A DNA stretch of 62,797 nucleotides, counting the filler. It is 11 parts of 11 records of this genome, joined end to end, with 100 filler letters (N's around TTAATTAATTAA, not from the genome) between each part and the next. Parts side by side here need not be neighbours in the genome. Positions count along the whole stretch, not along the records: positions 42,664 to 51,828 come from SRR7504441_3832; positions 51,929 to 57,954 come from SRR7504441_3833; 9 more parts are not named here. The stretch is one strand, 5' to 3'. Under the pieces are notes generated by a model. It saw nothing but the letters and a program-made list of their open reading frames with translations, ran no database searches and had not been told where the DNA came from. The translations under genes and the position numbers were made by a program. Positions within the stretch are counted from its first letter, which is position 1, and each line of letters opens with the position of its first letter. Shown one piece after another: positions 45,669 to 56,985 of the stretch.

Positions 45669-47915
45669 ATGGCGGAAGTTTCGGCGCTGAAGCAAGCGGA
45701 GGAGCGTCTGGCTCGGGCCGAGGCCGAGTTCTCTCGCAAGACCGAGATCTACGAGGACCGTATCGCTGCCCTCCGACCACGCTTCGACAGGGACGTCGCC
45801 GCGGCCGAGGCACGAGCCACCGAGGCGGCCGCACGCGCGGAGAACGCGGCGCAGCGCGCGGCGCAGGCCGAGGGGCTCGCCGCAGAGCTGGAGGCGGCGG
45901 CGGCGTTCCAGGACAATCAGCTCGATCGGCTCCAGGCCACTCTGCAGGTCACGTCGGCCGAGCTAGCTGCCGCCAGGCAGGCAGAGGCGGGGGTGCGCCA
46001 GGAGGCGGCGGCGGCCGGCGAGAAGCTGCGGGCGGAGCAGGCCAAGTGGGAGCGGCAGAGGTCAGAGATGGTGGCGTCGATGGCGCGGCTCGAGGCGGAG
46101 CATCAGGAGCAGCTGGCTGCCGCCCAGGCGGCGAGCCGGTCGTCGAAGAGCGTGGCGGCCGCGCAGCTGGTCGAGTTAGAACAACGGATGGAGAGGGCGG
46201 CCGCGGCTGCGGTAACAGCCGACAAACAGCGCGGGCATGTATCCAGTCAGATGACCGATCTCCATAGCGCGGCTGCGACGAGTGAGGCGGAGGCAACTCA
46301 GCTGCGGGCCGAGCTCGATGCACTCCAGACTCAGCTCGCGATCGCGGAGCAATACCACCAGCAGGCCGAGGGCGCCGCGGCCGCCAAGCAGGCCGGATTG
46401 GCGCGGGAGCTGGCCGAGCAAACAGAGCGGCACACGCAGCTCGAGGCCGGGCTGAAGCAGCAGCTGTCGAGTCTGCAGACTCAACTGTTCTCTGACAAGC
46501 AGATGGCAGCTTCGGCGCAGCGGCAGGCGCTGTCGGATCTGCAGGCTCGGCTGGCTGCGTCCGAGCACGCGGAGGAGGCTTTCGAGAAGGCTGCTGTGAA
46601 GGCGGGCCTGTCGGCTGAGATAGAGGCTGATCGTTGGAAGTTCCAGATTTCGAAGCAGGAGGAGCAACACAAGCTGGCCATGCAGCAGCTGAGCGACCAG
46701 CGCGACAAGGTGATTGCGACTCAGAGCGGCAAGATCAGCCAGCTTGAGCGCGCCCTGCAGGCCGCGCGCGAGCAGCAGCACGGGCATGAGAAGTCACTCG
46801 CTGCGCTCGACCATGCCAAGGCCAGCGCCGAGCACCAGGCCGAGGCAGCCCAGCTCGACCTGGATCGGTTCGCCAAAGGGCTGCGCGCTCAGCTCAGCAA
46901 GTGTCAAGCTGAGCTCTCGGAGCAAGCCGAGCGTCGTGCCGAAGCTGAAGAGGCCGCCGGGGCATTGGAGCGACAATGCAAGATTCAGAAGGAACTGGCG
47001 GACGCTGCAGCCAGCGCTGCTGTGGAGGTGCAGCAGGCACTGGAGCAAAAGATTGGGGCGCTGGAGCATCTGATCGTGCTCAGCCAGAAAGAATCTCGCA
47101 CAGCCAGCGCAGCGGCGGAAGAGGCTGAGCTCCGTAACGCAACCCTCCAGGCTCAGATCGATGAGTGGGAGTCTCCGGTTAACGAGCTTAAGACACAGGT
47201 CGCCTCAAGCCAGGCCATATGTGATGTAGTCCAGAGGGAGAAGGCTCAGCTTGCTCTCGAGCATGAGCGTGAAATCAAACTCTTGGAAGCCGAGCTTGCC
47301 AAGATGGCTGTTGGGATTCAAGCCGAGAAATCGGCCGCGAGAGAACTCCAGTGGGAGATCGAAGCGGATCGGCTGGTGGCGGCTGAGTCCAAGGTTAGGT
47401 TAGCAGAGGAGGTGATGACTGAGAAAGATAGGCTGCCTTATCGCGACTCTGAGATAAAGAATCTGCGCCAGCAGCTGATTGACCAAGCACAGGACTCTTC
47501 TTCGCAGCTGGCGTCGGTGCAAGCTGATGTTTTCCAGGTGCAGCGGTCTCTCGAGGCAACGATCGAGTGGGGAGATGGAGTTCAAGAAAAGCTCGAAAAG
47601 ACAACCAGCACACTGGACAAGGTTTCAAAGGAGCTGGCGAAAGAGCAGCAAATCACGGCTAGACTGGACCAAGAAAAGGCCATACTCGCGCAGCAGTTGG
47701 CACAGGCGCGCGCCAGGGTGCCCCCGCTGGAGGAGGTGCTCGCTGGCACACGGGATCGGTTGAAGCAGACTGAGCAAGAGAGGGATGTGGCTCTGGCCGA
47801 GGCCGACCAGGTCCGCAGGTCGTATGGCAAGATTGCAGATCCGGTGATGCTAGAGGCGGAGCAGATCCGGAGGGATTACTTGACCTCTAGAGCACTAGCA
47901 GCCCCTGGGTTTTGA
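45669..47915 (+). CDS. Long coiled-coil protein (748 aa), intronless
   Basis: Continuous A/E/Q/L-rich heptad ORF. Confidence 0.8.
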   Translation: MAEVSALKQAEERLARAEAEFSRKTEIYEDRIAALRPRFDRDVAAAEARATEAAARAENAAQRAAQAEGLAAELEAAAAFQDNQLDRLQATLQVTSAELAAARQAEAGVRQEAAAAGEKLRAEQAKWERQRSEMVASMARLEAEHQEQLAAAQAASRSSKSVAAAQLVELEQRMERAAAAAVTADKQRGHVSSQMTDLHSAAATSEAEATQLRAELDALQTQLAIAEQYHQQAEGAAAAKQAGLARELAEQTERHTQLEAGLKQQLSSLQTQLFSDKQMAASAQRQALSDLQARLAASEHAEEAFEKAAVKAGLSAEIEADRWKFQISKQEEQHKLAMQQLSDQRDKVIATQSGKISQLERALQAAREQQHGHEKSLAALDHAKASAEHQAEAAQLDLDRFAKGLRAQLSKCQAELSEQAERRAEAEEAAGALERQCKIQKELADAAASAAVEVQQALEQKIGALEHLIVLSQKESRTASAAAEEAELRNATLQAQIDEWESPVNELKTQVASSQAICDVVQREKAQLALEHEREIKLLEAELAKMAVGIQAEKSAARELQWEIEADRLVAAESKVRLAEEVMTEKDRLPYRDSEIKNLRQQLIDQAQDSSSQLASVQADVFQVQRSLEATIEWGDGVQEKLEKTTSTLDKVSKELAKEQQITARLDQEKAILAQQLAQARARVPPLEEVLAGTRDRLKQTEQERDVALAEADQVRRSYGKIADPVMLEAEQIRRDYLTSRALAAPGF

Positions 47916-48161
47916 GCTACGCAACTAAGGTTGTACAATATTGTCCGGAGTATGGATCTGATTTCGAATTCACAAATCTTGATACATTTGCATCTCAGTC
48001 CATGATTGTGTTCCGAGGTGAAGCGTTATAGAGTACCTAAGAGTTTTAATGAATTCTTTCAAAAAGACTTGAGTTCATGATTGTGCTAAAACAAGCTTAC
48101 AAGTTTGTATACTCTTATAATACTCTTTGTGTGTGTTTACATTGGTACTCGAGCTCGTTAG

Positions 48162-49647
48162 TTAGAATTTTGCAGCATCGCCAAGCTTTGCCCGCAATGC
48201 GTCCAGCATGGTATCCACCTGACAGAGAGAGCAGCGCTCCTTGTCAGCCCGTCGGCAGTGCGGCGCAGGCACCATCTTATCCAAGTCGTACCGGTGCTGC
48301 CAGCCCCAATGGCTCCGGGCATTCGAGTCGTCCACGCTCTTGGGCCACGAGTCGGCAATTTGTTGCCGGAAGTCCGGCTCACAGGTCAGTTCAAACTGCG
48401 GAATGTGCCTCCTGATGCTCTCGGCCACCTGAATCGTGTATCGGCAGCAGTTCAGCGCGTGGTTGCCTGGGCTGGAGAGAAAGAGCAGCCTGTAACATTG
48501 TACACTCGGCGCTGTAGCCTCGCTGGGTCGGCTTCGATTATCTCTTGAGTGCACCTGATCGCCCTCGGCTCCAGCCGGCTGCCAGCCCACCGGATGCAGT
48601 CGTCCATGAACATCATCGGCATCTCAGTGTCCTCGGTCACAAAACAGGTATATTTGCCTGGTGCACACTCAGCATGGCTAGCAAGCTGCTTACCGTGAGT
48701 GAGCGCCTTGTAGAAGATGTCCACCGCCCAGTCCGTGGTCCCGCCCCCAGGCAGCGCCTCCGACGAGATCACCCCCGGGTAGCGCAGCGAGCGGAAATCC
48801 ACCCCGTATTTGCTGGCCCCCGCACTCGCCCCCCCCCCCCCTACGGGCAGCCCACTCGTGATAGTATTCGCCCATTAGCTCCGCGTGCACCTGCCCGCAG
48901 CATCAGGGCGAAGCTCACGCGGGCGGACCTTGGTGATCCCGTACATGGTGGTCGGGTCCAGCAGCGTATCGTCCGGGGTCTGCTCGCGCGGGGTTGACGG
49001 CCCAAACGCGGCAATCGACGACGGTATGTACAGCCGGAGACTGTGCTGCCGGGCCACTTCGAGCATGTTCTCGCAGCCCTTGACGTTGATCAGCAGCGCC
49101 AGTTGCGGGTTTTGCTCGCCGGTGGCCGACAGGATCGAGGCGTTGTGTATCACCTGCCCGGGCTCACGCCCCCCGGGCCCGCCAGCCACCCAAGAGGCGT
49201 TGTGCTCTACCACCACCCGCTGGATGTCGTCCATGTCAGTCACGTCCACGAACGCATACGGCCCGTGGCTCTCAAACCCGGAGCCTGGGGGCGGCCGGCG
49301 CACATCGGAGGCGATCACGTTCCGGGCCCCGAACTTGGCCCGGAGCACCGCCACCAGCTCGGTCCCGATCTGGCCCAGGCAGCCTGCCGGCCGCTCAGGG
49401 CGGCCCAGCCGGGGGCCTAGCCTGTGATCAGAATGCGGGGCACCCGCCACCGGCCGTCTGCCGAGCGGTGAAGGTGCACGCCGCCCGGCTCCGGTCGGGA
49501 ATCCTCGGAGCCGAACCGGCTCTCCGGGTCGTCGAGCGAACTCCAGCTCGGGCCCGCGCGGGCGCACCGCCAGCGCCTGCCGGCCGCCGAGAGCGGGCGG
49601 TGTGCCCGAGCAACCCGTGGCAGGAGAGACCGCAGGAGCCCAGCCAT
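48162..49647 (-). CDS. TDH: L-threonine 3-dehydrogenase (SDR-type, mitochondrial), multi-exon
   Basis: PRILITG.LGQIG.EL, VIASD, LSATGE.NPQLA, PSSIAAFGP.TP, P.TMYGITKV, DFRSLRYPG.IS...PGGGTTD.AV, PDFRQ.IADSWP. N-terminus resembles a mitochondrial presequence. Confidence 0.92.
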
Positions 49648-49689
49648 CTCGAGCGGCTCGGAGTGCCGTTACTGGCTGCGGAAGTAGCG

Positions 49690-49959
49690 ATGAAGCACCC
49701 GGCCTCCGGGGTCGAGAAGGCCACCGAGGCGGCCTCTGAGGAGCTATGGGAAGTGATGAGGAAGACAGAGAAGGCCAAGGAGTGGGTCGAGATCGAGGGG
49801 ACCAGGCTGGATGACACGATCTACGAGGCTAAGATGGTCTTCAAGGTCTCAACGGTGGCCTCGGTTGTGGCATTCACAGGCGGCATTGTGACTGCGCTGC
49901 GCTATCCGCAATACTTTAGGCGGATCGCGCCTCTGCTGCAGAAGAAGCCAGCCAAATGA
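49690..49959 (+). CDS. Small single-pass membrane protein, hypothetical
   Basis: 89-aa ORF MKHPASG...VSTVASVVAFTGGIVTAL...KKPAK*, divergent from TDH. Confidence 0.55.
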   Translation: MKHPASGVEKATEAASEELWEVMRKTEKAKEWVEIEGTRLDDTIYEAKMVFKVSTVASVVAFTGGIVTALRYPQYFRRIAPLLQKKPAK

Positions 49960-50596
49960 TAGTCCTGGTGAGCCCCCGCGCCACCGGCCAGCGCAGCCCG
50001 CTGTGGCACAGCGCTGACTGGTTGATGCAGGGAAGCTGGGCCGCCGACCGTCTACTGGCGCGGGGCGTGGACGGATGTGGGAGCACTGGAGTGGAACACC
50101 GAGTGCTTTCGCCAGAGGCCGGCTGTGCAATTTGTGTGCTCGCGGTGCTCTAAGAGCAGGCATTGCTGTTCTCCGAAGACTTACAGATATAGTGTCACAT
50201 AGTGTGCTGAGCGTCGCGGTGCGTGGCTGCGCTTGAACGACGGCAGGATGATAGATCAGAAAACTCCCCATGCAAATCCTCTAGGTATGGCCGGAGTCAC
50301 GATGTACCGGTACATTGATTACCTAATCGATGTTCGGAAATAAAATGAGGATCGATCGAGAGGATTGATCATGCTTTTGTAGTACAGCTCGGCAGTTATA
50401 CTGGTGGAGGAGACCCACGGCTCGGACGAGTGCTCACTTACATGTAGTCTAAACTTTCACCTGAGGCTACTCGTACTCCATCGTACTCAGAGCGGCACGG
50501 CCTGACCTGAACTGACCGACAACCGATGAGCGAAAATTCTGAATCGATGGCCCTGGTATCGCTGGGGCCCTGTGTTTGAGAGGCTGAGGCTGTACG

Positions 50597-51828
50597 ATGG
50601 AGTACGCTGGGCGGGATGGCGGGGTGCGAGCGGTGGGCAGCTCGCTCGAAGAGCCCAAGACCTTTGTCGGCACCCTCCGTATCGCGGCCGCCGACGACGA
50701 TGAGCACGGGGCCCACGCTGCCGCGCAGGTCGGACTGTACCTTGCCGCCATCCGGCCCGAGGGCAACGAGCCAGACCAGCGCGCCGAGCTCATCGGGTCG
50801 GTCGCTGACCGGCTGCCGGATGAGCGGTGGGCAGCAAGCTGCTGGGCTCGGGGGCGCCCGAGGCGATCGCGGCAAACTTGCGCAAGTTCCCGTTCGCGGC
50901 GCGCAAGGAGGCGGCGCGTCTGGTGGTGCAGCTGCTGTTCAGTCAGGGCCCGGCCGGCGAGCAGCTCGGGCTGGACCACCTGGCACAGAATTCTTCGGTG
51001 CTCGTTGCGCTCGTGCGAGGGTCGCGCCCGATGGGGCGAGGGCTCACCGGTCGGCAGGTACGAGGCAGATGCGGCGGATGTGGCGCTCATCTGCGGCGGG
51101 ACGCTGCGGGACCTGACGCGACACCCTCAGGTAGCCAGCTTGCTGCTCCACTCCCCGGGGTTCGGAGCGCTGCTTGGGCATTTGGTGTCTCCAAACTTTG
51201 ATGTCGCCTCCGATGCATTTGACTTATTCAAGGTGGCCAGCCGCCGCCGGGCCGACCGAGCGAGCGTGGCAGCACCTGCTCACCAGCACCAGCAACAAGC
51301 CGATGGTGGCCGAGTATCTGGAGACTGAGTACCAGACGGTGGGCTGAGCCCGCGCGCAGTGTGACCACCAGCAGTTCTTTGGGGCGTGCCACAAGATTTT
51401 CCAGTCTGAACACTTCCTGGCTCGGCTGCAGCTGATCAAGGCATCCGGCTGGCTGGGCAGGCTGAGGCTGGGCAGCTGCTGGGTGAGCTGCTGTTTGACC
51501 GTTCCAACTTTGCCGTGATGAAGCGATATATCTCCGAGCCTGACAACCTAAAGGCCGTGATGCTGCTGCTCAAAGACAAGAGCAACAAGATCGCCTGCGA
51601 GGCGCTCAACGTGTTCAAGCTGTTTGTGGCCAACCCGGACAAGCCGGACCCAGTCAAGGAGATTCTGCTCAAAAACAAGGAGAAGCTGCTCTTGTTCCTG
51701 CAGGGGTTTAACTCGGATGAGGGTGCCAGCCAGGCCGGCCCACGCTGACGGCCGGGGCAGCCAACCAGCAGTTCAACGAGGAGCGTGAGCAGGTTATCCA
51801 AGCCATCCGCAACCTCAACAGCGAATGA
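50597..51828 (+). CDS. CAB39: Mo25/CAB39-like protein, multi-exon
   Basis: FAARKEA, G|YE..DVAL.CG..LR, NFDVASDAF..FK|.LLT.H, K|LLGELL.DRSNF.VM.RYIS.PDNLK.VM.LL.DKS..IA.EA..VFKLFVANP.KP. Confidence 0.9.
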
Positions 51829-52107
51829 NNNNNNNNNNNNNNNNNNNNNNNNNNNNNNNNNNNNNNNNNNNNTTAATTAATTAANNNNNNNNNNNNNNNN
51901 NNNNNNNNNNNNNNNNNNNNNNNNNNNNAGTAAATGAAACTCACGATTAGAAAACAACTGTGATAAAACTCAGGTCATGAACGATCGGCATCATTCGTGT
52001 AAAACACATCCAATGGCCCGAACGGCTAAATAAATTTATTTTTATTCATCTAAAGTGGATGGCGCCCCATGTAGGGGCGCCGTCATGTAGGGGTGTCTAG
52101 TTGTGGT

Positions 52108-53505
52108 CTATAGCTCGTCGGCGCCACCCAAATTCATGCTGGGCATTAGCGCGGTGTCTACTAGCGCCAGCACCGTCGAGTCCACCCTGCGAGACGCCTC
52201 GACCAGCCGCCAAGTCGCATTGTCAGACTCTACCTCGAGCACCTCAGCAGAGCCGAGCACAAACGCAGATTCACTATGCGACAGCACATCATTCGGCATC
52301 CGGTCCATCGCGTGCACGTCGATATCGTTTTCCGTTGACTGTGGCCTAACCCAGCCGCCGAAGACCACGAAATTGCCGGCAAGCACTGCACCTCTTGCAC
52401 CTGTGAGCAATCAGCCAGCCGGCGTGTGGCTGGGCCGACCTGTGCGGGGGTAGCGCATCGGGGCAATGGTGCTCCATGTGAGCGTGCTAGTGCAGAAGGA
52501 GAAGACGGAGTTCGTGTGTTCTGTGCCAGAGAACCCTCCCGCGATGATCACCTTGTCTTTAGACACTCCGATTGCTGCGGATGACTTGAACGCGGGCATG
52601 GCCGGGATCGCGGCCCACTGCTCGGTCTGTGGGTTGTACATCTCACACACGTCGAGGTACTCGGTCCCACTGTACCCCCCAAAAACATACAGCCGCCCGG
52701 CGACCGCCGCAGCGCAGCATAGCGTCCTACACTGCGCCATGCTGGGCGCTTCCTGCCACTGGCCGTCCGGGTCGCGCGGGTCCAGGGTGAAGACCGTGCT
52801 TAGGTACCCGTCCGCACCGACAGTCTCGGCGGTGTAGCCTCCGATTAGGTAAATCAACCCCTTGAGAACTGCCGCAGCCGGCCTGGCTGTTGCGTGCACC
52901 ATCGCTGGGCCTACCGACCACTGCTGAGTGCGCAGATCGAACACATCGGTGGCCGCCGAGCGCACACTGTTGTATCCTGAGCCCCGGTGAGCCTGGCGGC
53001 CTGTCCCGGGAAAGGTACCCCCCATGATGTACACGCGATCTTTCCAGACCGCGCCCGCTGCCCCGGACCGCCGCTCCGACGGAACGATCGGGTGCTCCGA
53101 GAGAGCCACCCCATTCGGGTTCAGGATCTGGAACGTGTCGCAGTAGGTCACCTGCCCGAGCCGGTCAGCGCGATCCAGACTGGCAGTCACCGGCTGGGTA
53201 GTACTCTTGCCGCCCCATGCGAGGATGTACTGGCTGGCTCGCCACTTGAAGCCGTCCTCGGCCACAATGTCGCGCGAGAGCCGGTTCACGAGCGGCAGGT
53301 GCCGGCCTTGGTACCGAGTGAGCTGGGCGAACACCATGCCGGCCGCCTGCCGGTCGAGCAGTCCCCCGTCCACACGCCACTCGAGCGCGGCTGCTGGAGG
53401 CGCCAAACGGAGGACAGAACGGCGGAACCATCGGGCCAGCCGGTTTGGCGGCGACGGCGGCTCCACCATCTCGTCGTCCCGCGACTTGCACGTGTTAGAG
53501 CCCAT
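52108..53505 (-). CDS. Kelch-repeat protein with a predicted N-myristoylation start
   Basis: Repeated IY.IGG / LYVFGGY / CEMYNP.TEQW motifs; start MGSNTCKS. Confidence 0.85.
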
Positions 53506-53631
53506 CCTTTGCCGACCCTCGAACAGGTTTGCGGCCGGCGAGCGGACGGGAATAAAAAAAAAATCATTGTCGGAGCTCGGATCCACCGGCGCGGCAAAGC
53601 TCGCGAAGGCGGAAGAGCACCGGCGCCGGGC

Positions 53632-55452
53632 ATGGGAATTCCAGGTTACAGCCGGTGGGTTTCCGAGCAGTTCCCGCAGGCCTTCACCCAGGCCCCGGCC
53701 GGCGGGTTCGACCACGTCTACGTGGACGTCAACGCCCTGATCCATCCGGCGCTCCGGACCAGTCAGCGATCGCGCCGGTGGGAGGCCAGCTTCTTTCGCA
53801 CCCTGTACCAGCGGCTGGACCAGATCCTGCGGATTTGCCGGCCCGGGCGCACGCTGGTGCTCGCGCTGGATGGGGCGGCTCCGCTGGCCAAGATCGCTAC
53901 CCAGCGATCCCGCAGAGTGCACATGCTGGCCGACGATGGACAGGGGGTGCCGTCCGAGCGGGCGCCGGCCTCGTTGGAGTCGCTGGCCATCTCGCAGCTG
54001 GCGCTCACCCCGGGGACCGAGCTGATGAGCCAGATAGAGGCTGGGCTGGAGTTCTATGCGGCTTCGCGGCTGCTCACTCGGACCCACAAGTTTGCGCACT
54101 GTGTGGTGTCACCGGCCACAGTGACCGGGGAGGGCGAGCTCAAGATACAGGACATGATGATAGAAGTGGGCGAGGGCACGCACGCTCTGGTCGGCAACGA
54201 CGCGGATTTGATCCTGCTAGCCGCCAGTGCGATGATCGATGGGGTGCATGTGGTGACTAACAGCATAGATCCGAATGACTACCGGTTCCTGTCGGCTGAT
54301 CTGCTGGCCGATCAGCTCGGCAAGCTCCGGCCGGGTCGAGACAGTCCGCAGCTCGAGTTTGCTACGATCTCGCTGCTTGCAGGGAATGATTATCTGCCCA
54401 AGCTGCGTACTGTGCAGTTCAGTCAAGTTTGGCAGGTCTACGCCAGCCGCAAGTCCATATCCCCGCTGCTCTGCCCCGATGACGGTCTGGGTCCGGGCTT
54501 CTTCGAGCTGATGGATGCGATGGCCTGTGGCCAGCCCAGTCCGCCCAGGGACGAGCGTCAGTGCTACGCACCTGTCGAGCTCTACCTGCAGGGCTTGCTC
54601 TGGAACCTGGCCATGTACCTCAACGGACAGTGTCCGGACGTCCGATTCTGCCTAGACCGGCACCTGTACGCCCCGTCGCCTCGCGAGATCGCCGACTGGT
54701 ACGCGCAGCAGGACGGGAAGTCCATTCGTGAGCGGCTGGCGGTGCCGAGCTCAGACCAGCCTGGGCTCAGCGTGCCGGAGTGCCTGCTGGCACTGCTGCC
54801 GCGCGCGGCCACCGCGCTGCTGCCCGGGCCGATGCAGCCGCTGGTGCAGAGCGCGGAGCTGGCGGGTTTGTATAAGGCTGAGCAGTGCGACAAATGCGCA
54901 TGGTACCGTAACGAGCTACGCAGCCTCCAGCAAGCCATTTTTGTGAAGAAGAAGCTAATCGCGGAGCAGGCCGCTAGCAAGGACTTCGACGCGGAGGATC
55001 AGGAGGCGGTGCGGGCGTTGCAGAAACTCAAGGAGAAGGCCAGAGACCGGACCATTAAGTATGGTAGGCACAAGGCACGGGAGCATGAGGAGCCTCTCCC
55101 GTGGGATGCACTGCAGCATCAGGTGGCTCGGATGCCCATGGCCCAGTTCAGCGAGCGAGAGCTGCACCGGATCTCCGACGGGACCACCAAGTGCTTTTGG
55201 AACGGGCGGGGTGCCAACCCGCCGAACAAGCACCTGGCTCAAGGGGGCAAGCTGAGCCAAATTAAGTCGCTACCCAAGCCGCCGGTCGGCAGCTGGAAGG
55301 CGCTGTCGCCGCGCACGCGGCTCTGGGGTGGAGAAGCGCCGCAGGTGCCACGGCGCAGTAGGGCGTGGGCTCGGAGGTTTAGTTGCATGCCGCGAGGGCG
55401 CGGTCTTGCTTTAGCTGTGGGGTCACTAGGATGTACCTTAGGATCGCTCTAG
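53632..55452 (+). CDS. XRN-family 5'-3' exoribonuclease (short form), intronless
   Basis: MGIPG..RW, DHVYVDVNALIH, ALDG.AP.AK..TQRSRR, LTPGT.LM, GEGELKI, GNDADLILL, GNDYLP, YLQGL.W.L..Y..G.CPD. Confidence 0.9.
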   Translation: MGIPGYSRWVSEQFPQAFTQAPAGGFDHVYVDVNALIHPALRTSQRSRRWEASFFRTLYQRLDQILRICRPGRTLVLALDGAAPLAKIATQRSRRVHMLADDGQGVPSERAPASLESLAISQLALTPGTELMSQIEAGLEFYAASRLLTRTHKFAHCVVSPATVTGEGELKIQDMMIEVGEGTHALVGNDADLILLAASAMIDGVHVVTNSIDPNDYRFLSADLLADQLGKLRPGRDSPQLEFATISLLAGNDYLPKLRTVQFSQVWQVYASRKSISPLLCPDDGLGPGFFELMDAMACGQPSPPRDERQCYAPVELYLQGLLWNLAMYLNGQCPDVRFCLDRHLYAPSPREIADWYAQQDGKSIRERLAVPSSDQPGLSVPECLLALLPRAATALLPGPMQPLVQSAELAGLYKAEQCDKCAWYRNELRSLQQAIFVKKKLIAEQAASKDFDAEDQEAVRALQKLKEKARDRTIKYGRHKAREHEEPLPWDALQHQVARMPMAQFSERELHRISDGTTKCFWNGRGANPPNKHLAQGGKLSQIKSLPKPPVGSWKALSPRTRLWGGEAPQVPRRSRAWARRFSCMPRGRGLALAVGSLGCTLGSL

Positions 55453-55792
55453 ATTGTTACTAGATTGTCTCTGGAGAGATGAGATGCTTTCGTAAAGCTG
55501 AAGCAATATCAACTTGGTAAAGAGATGACTGGTTGTCTAGACCACAGTTTACTCGCAATTGCAATGACTGAGTGTTTAGCAAACTTCAAGTTTGTCACGT
55601 TACATGTACGTACATGTACATGATTGTGAGCTTAGCCTCGCACGCTCGCACGTCGGGATCATTGATACTCGTAAAGAATTATGCTCTTGTTACATGTACC
55701 TTTACTTCGAATTTTTCGTACATGCATACTCTCAGCAACACTCCCACGACCACGTCACTGATTCTACCACGGCTAACTGTCTCGCGAGATTT

Positions 55793-56901
55793 CTACTGTT
55801 TTGTTGGCGTCCTCCTCGGCCGTAGCCGCATGCCCGTCGTCGTCACTGTGCCGGTGTCGGCGCTCTCCAGCCCGTCTGTCACCTTTTGCAGATCGCCGGC
55901 AGACGCCAGTGTTGCGCCTTTGGTCCCGGCGGCCGAAGGAGGCGGCATGGATGCGTCGAAGCGGGTTCCCATGACCACATCCCAAAAAGGAAAGAACAAA
56001 GCATAATTGCAGTAGTTGGCACGGCCGCGGCGCCAGGTGATATGGTGCGCAAAGTGGTCATTGTAGTCAATCGTAAGGCCTCCGTGGTTGAAGACAGCGC
56101 CAAACAGAAACGCGAAGGCACCCAGCGCCCGGTGCGTGGCGGGATGGAACGGGATTATGTACTGAATCAAATGATGCGCCAGGGCGTATTCCAGAAACAG
56201 CTCCAGCACGTGCACCGTGGGGCCGCCGAACGAGGTTGGCTCCCGCAGCTGGTGGTGTTGGTAGTGCATAGACCACAGCGGTCCGCAGGCGTGGAATGCA
56301 TAGTGCCACCAGTAGAACCAAGTGTCGCAGAAGACCAGGTAGAATCCGACGTTGGCGCCCAGCCACGGCCATGTGTACGCATGCTCAGCGAAGTAGCCGT
56401 GATAGGGACAGTAAGCCGGGTCGACGATCTCATACATTGCGCACGAGAAGGCGCACACACCGACCAGCGCCTCCACCTGCAGCCGGCGGGGATCAACGGC
56501 AACCCTAACCCTAACCCCTGCAAGCCAAACTATGAGAAACAAAGCAATAATCCCATTACTGCGTAATGTACCCACGGCAACCGGGGGCGGGGAGGGAGGG
56601 GAGGCACCGCCACTTGGATCTCGGCAATCGACTGCTTGATCCGCCGCTCCTTGACTTTGCTGCCGCCGTCGAGCAGGCAGCAGTGCACGTAGAGCTCGCC
56701 GGCGCCGCCCAGGAGCAGGTAGAAGAAGACAATTTGGCCGATGAGCATCTCGGCGAGCTGGGCGGCCTTGCCGTGCGCCAAGTTCACCAAGATGAAGAAG
56801 CCGGCCCAGGCGTAGGTGAGCCCGCGCGCGTGGTGCTCGAGTGGCAGCTTGGAGGTCTGCGTGTTGAGGTAGCTCACACCGAGCGAGGCTGGCCAGAACA
56901 T
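55793..56901 (-). CDS. Sterol desaturase / fatty acid hydroxylase family protein (ERG3-like)
   Basis: His boxes DTWFYWWHYAFH, HYQHH and NHGG...HFAHH, then NY..FF.FWD..MGT. Start is at 56901, or at 56987 if there is a 44-nt intron. Confidence 0.85.
56496..56582. repeat. Intronic insert with a telomeric tract, flanked by 9-bp direct repeats
   Basis: acggcaacc at 56496-56504 and 56574-56582; aaccctaaccctaacccc at 56501-56518. Confidence 0.75.
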
Positions 56902-56985
56902 TGCGCCGTCGTCCCAACCGCCCAACAGTCACCCCGCCGTTGATCTGCCGTTGTTGCGGCCGTCGAATCGTTGCTCTCGTCGAGC

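Noticed and set aside
52987-54099. Apparent long overlap of the Kelch and XRN ORFs
   Set aside because: The ORF caller extended to upstream alternative starts. The likely ATGs (53505 and 53632) are divergent and do not overlap.
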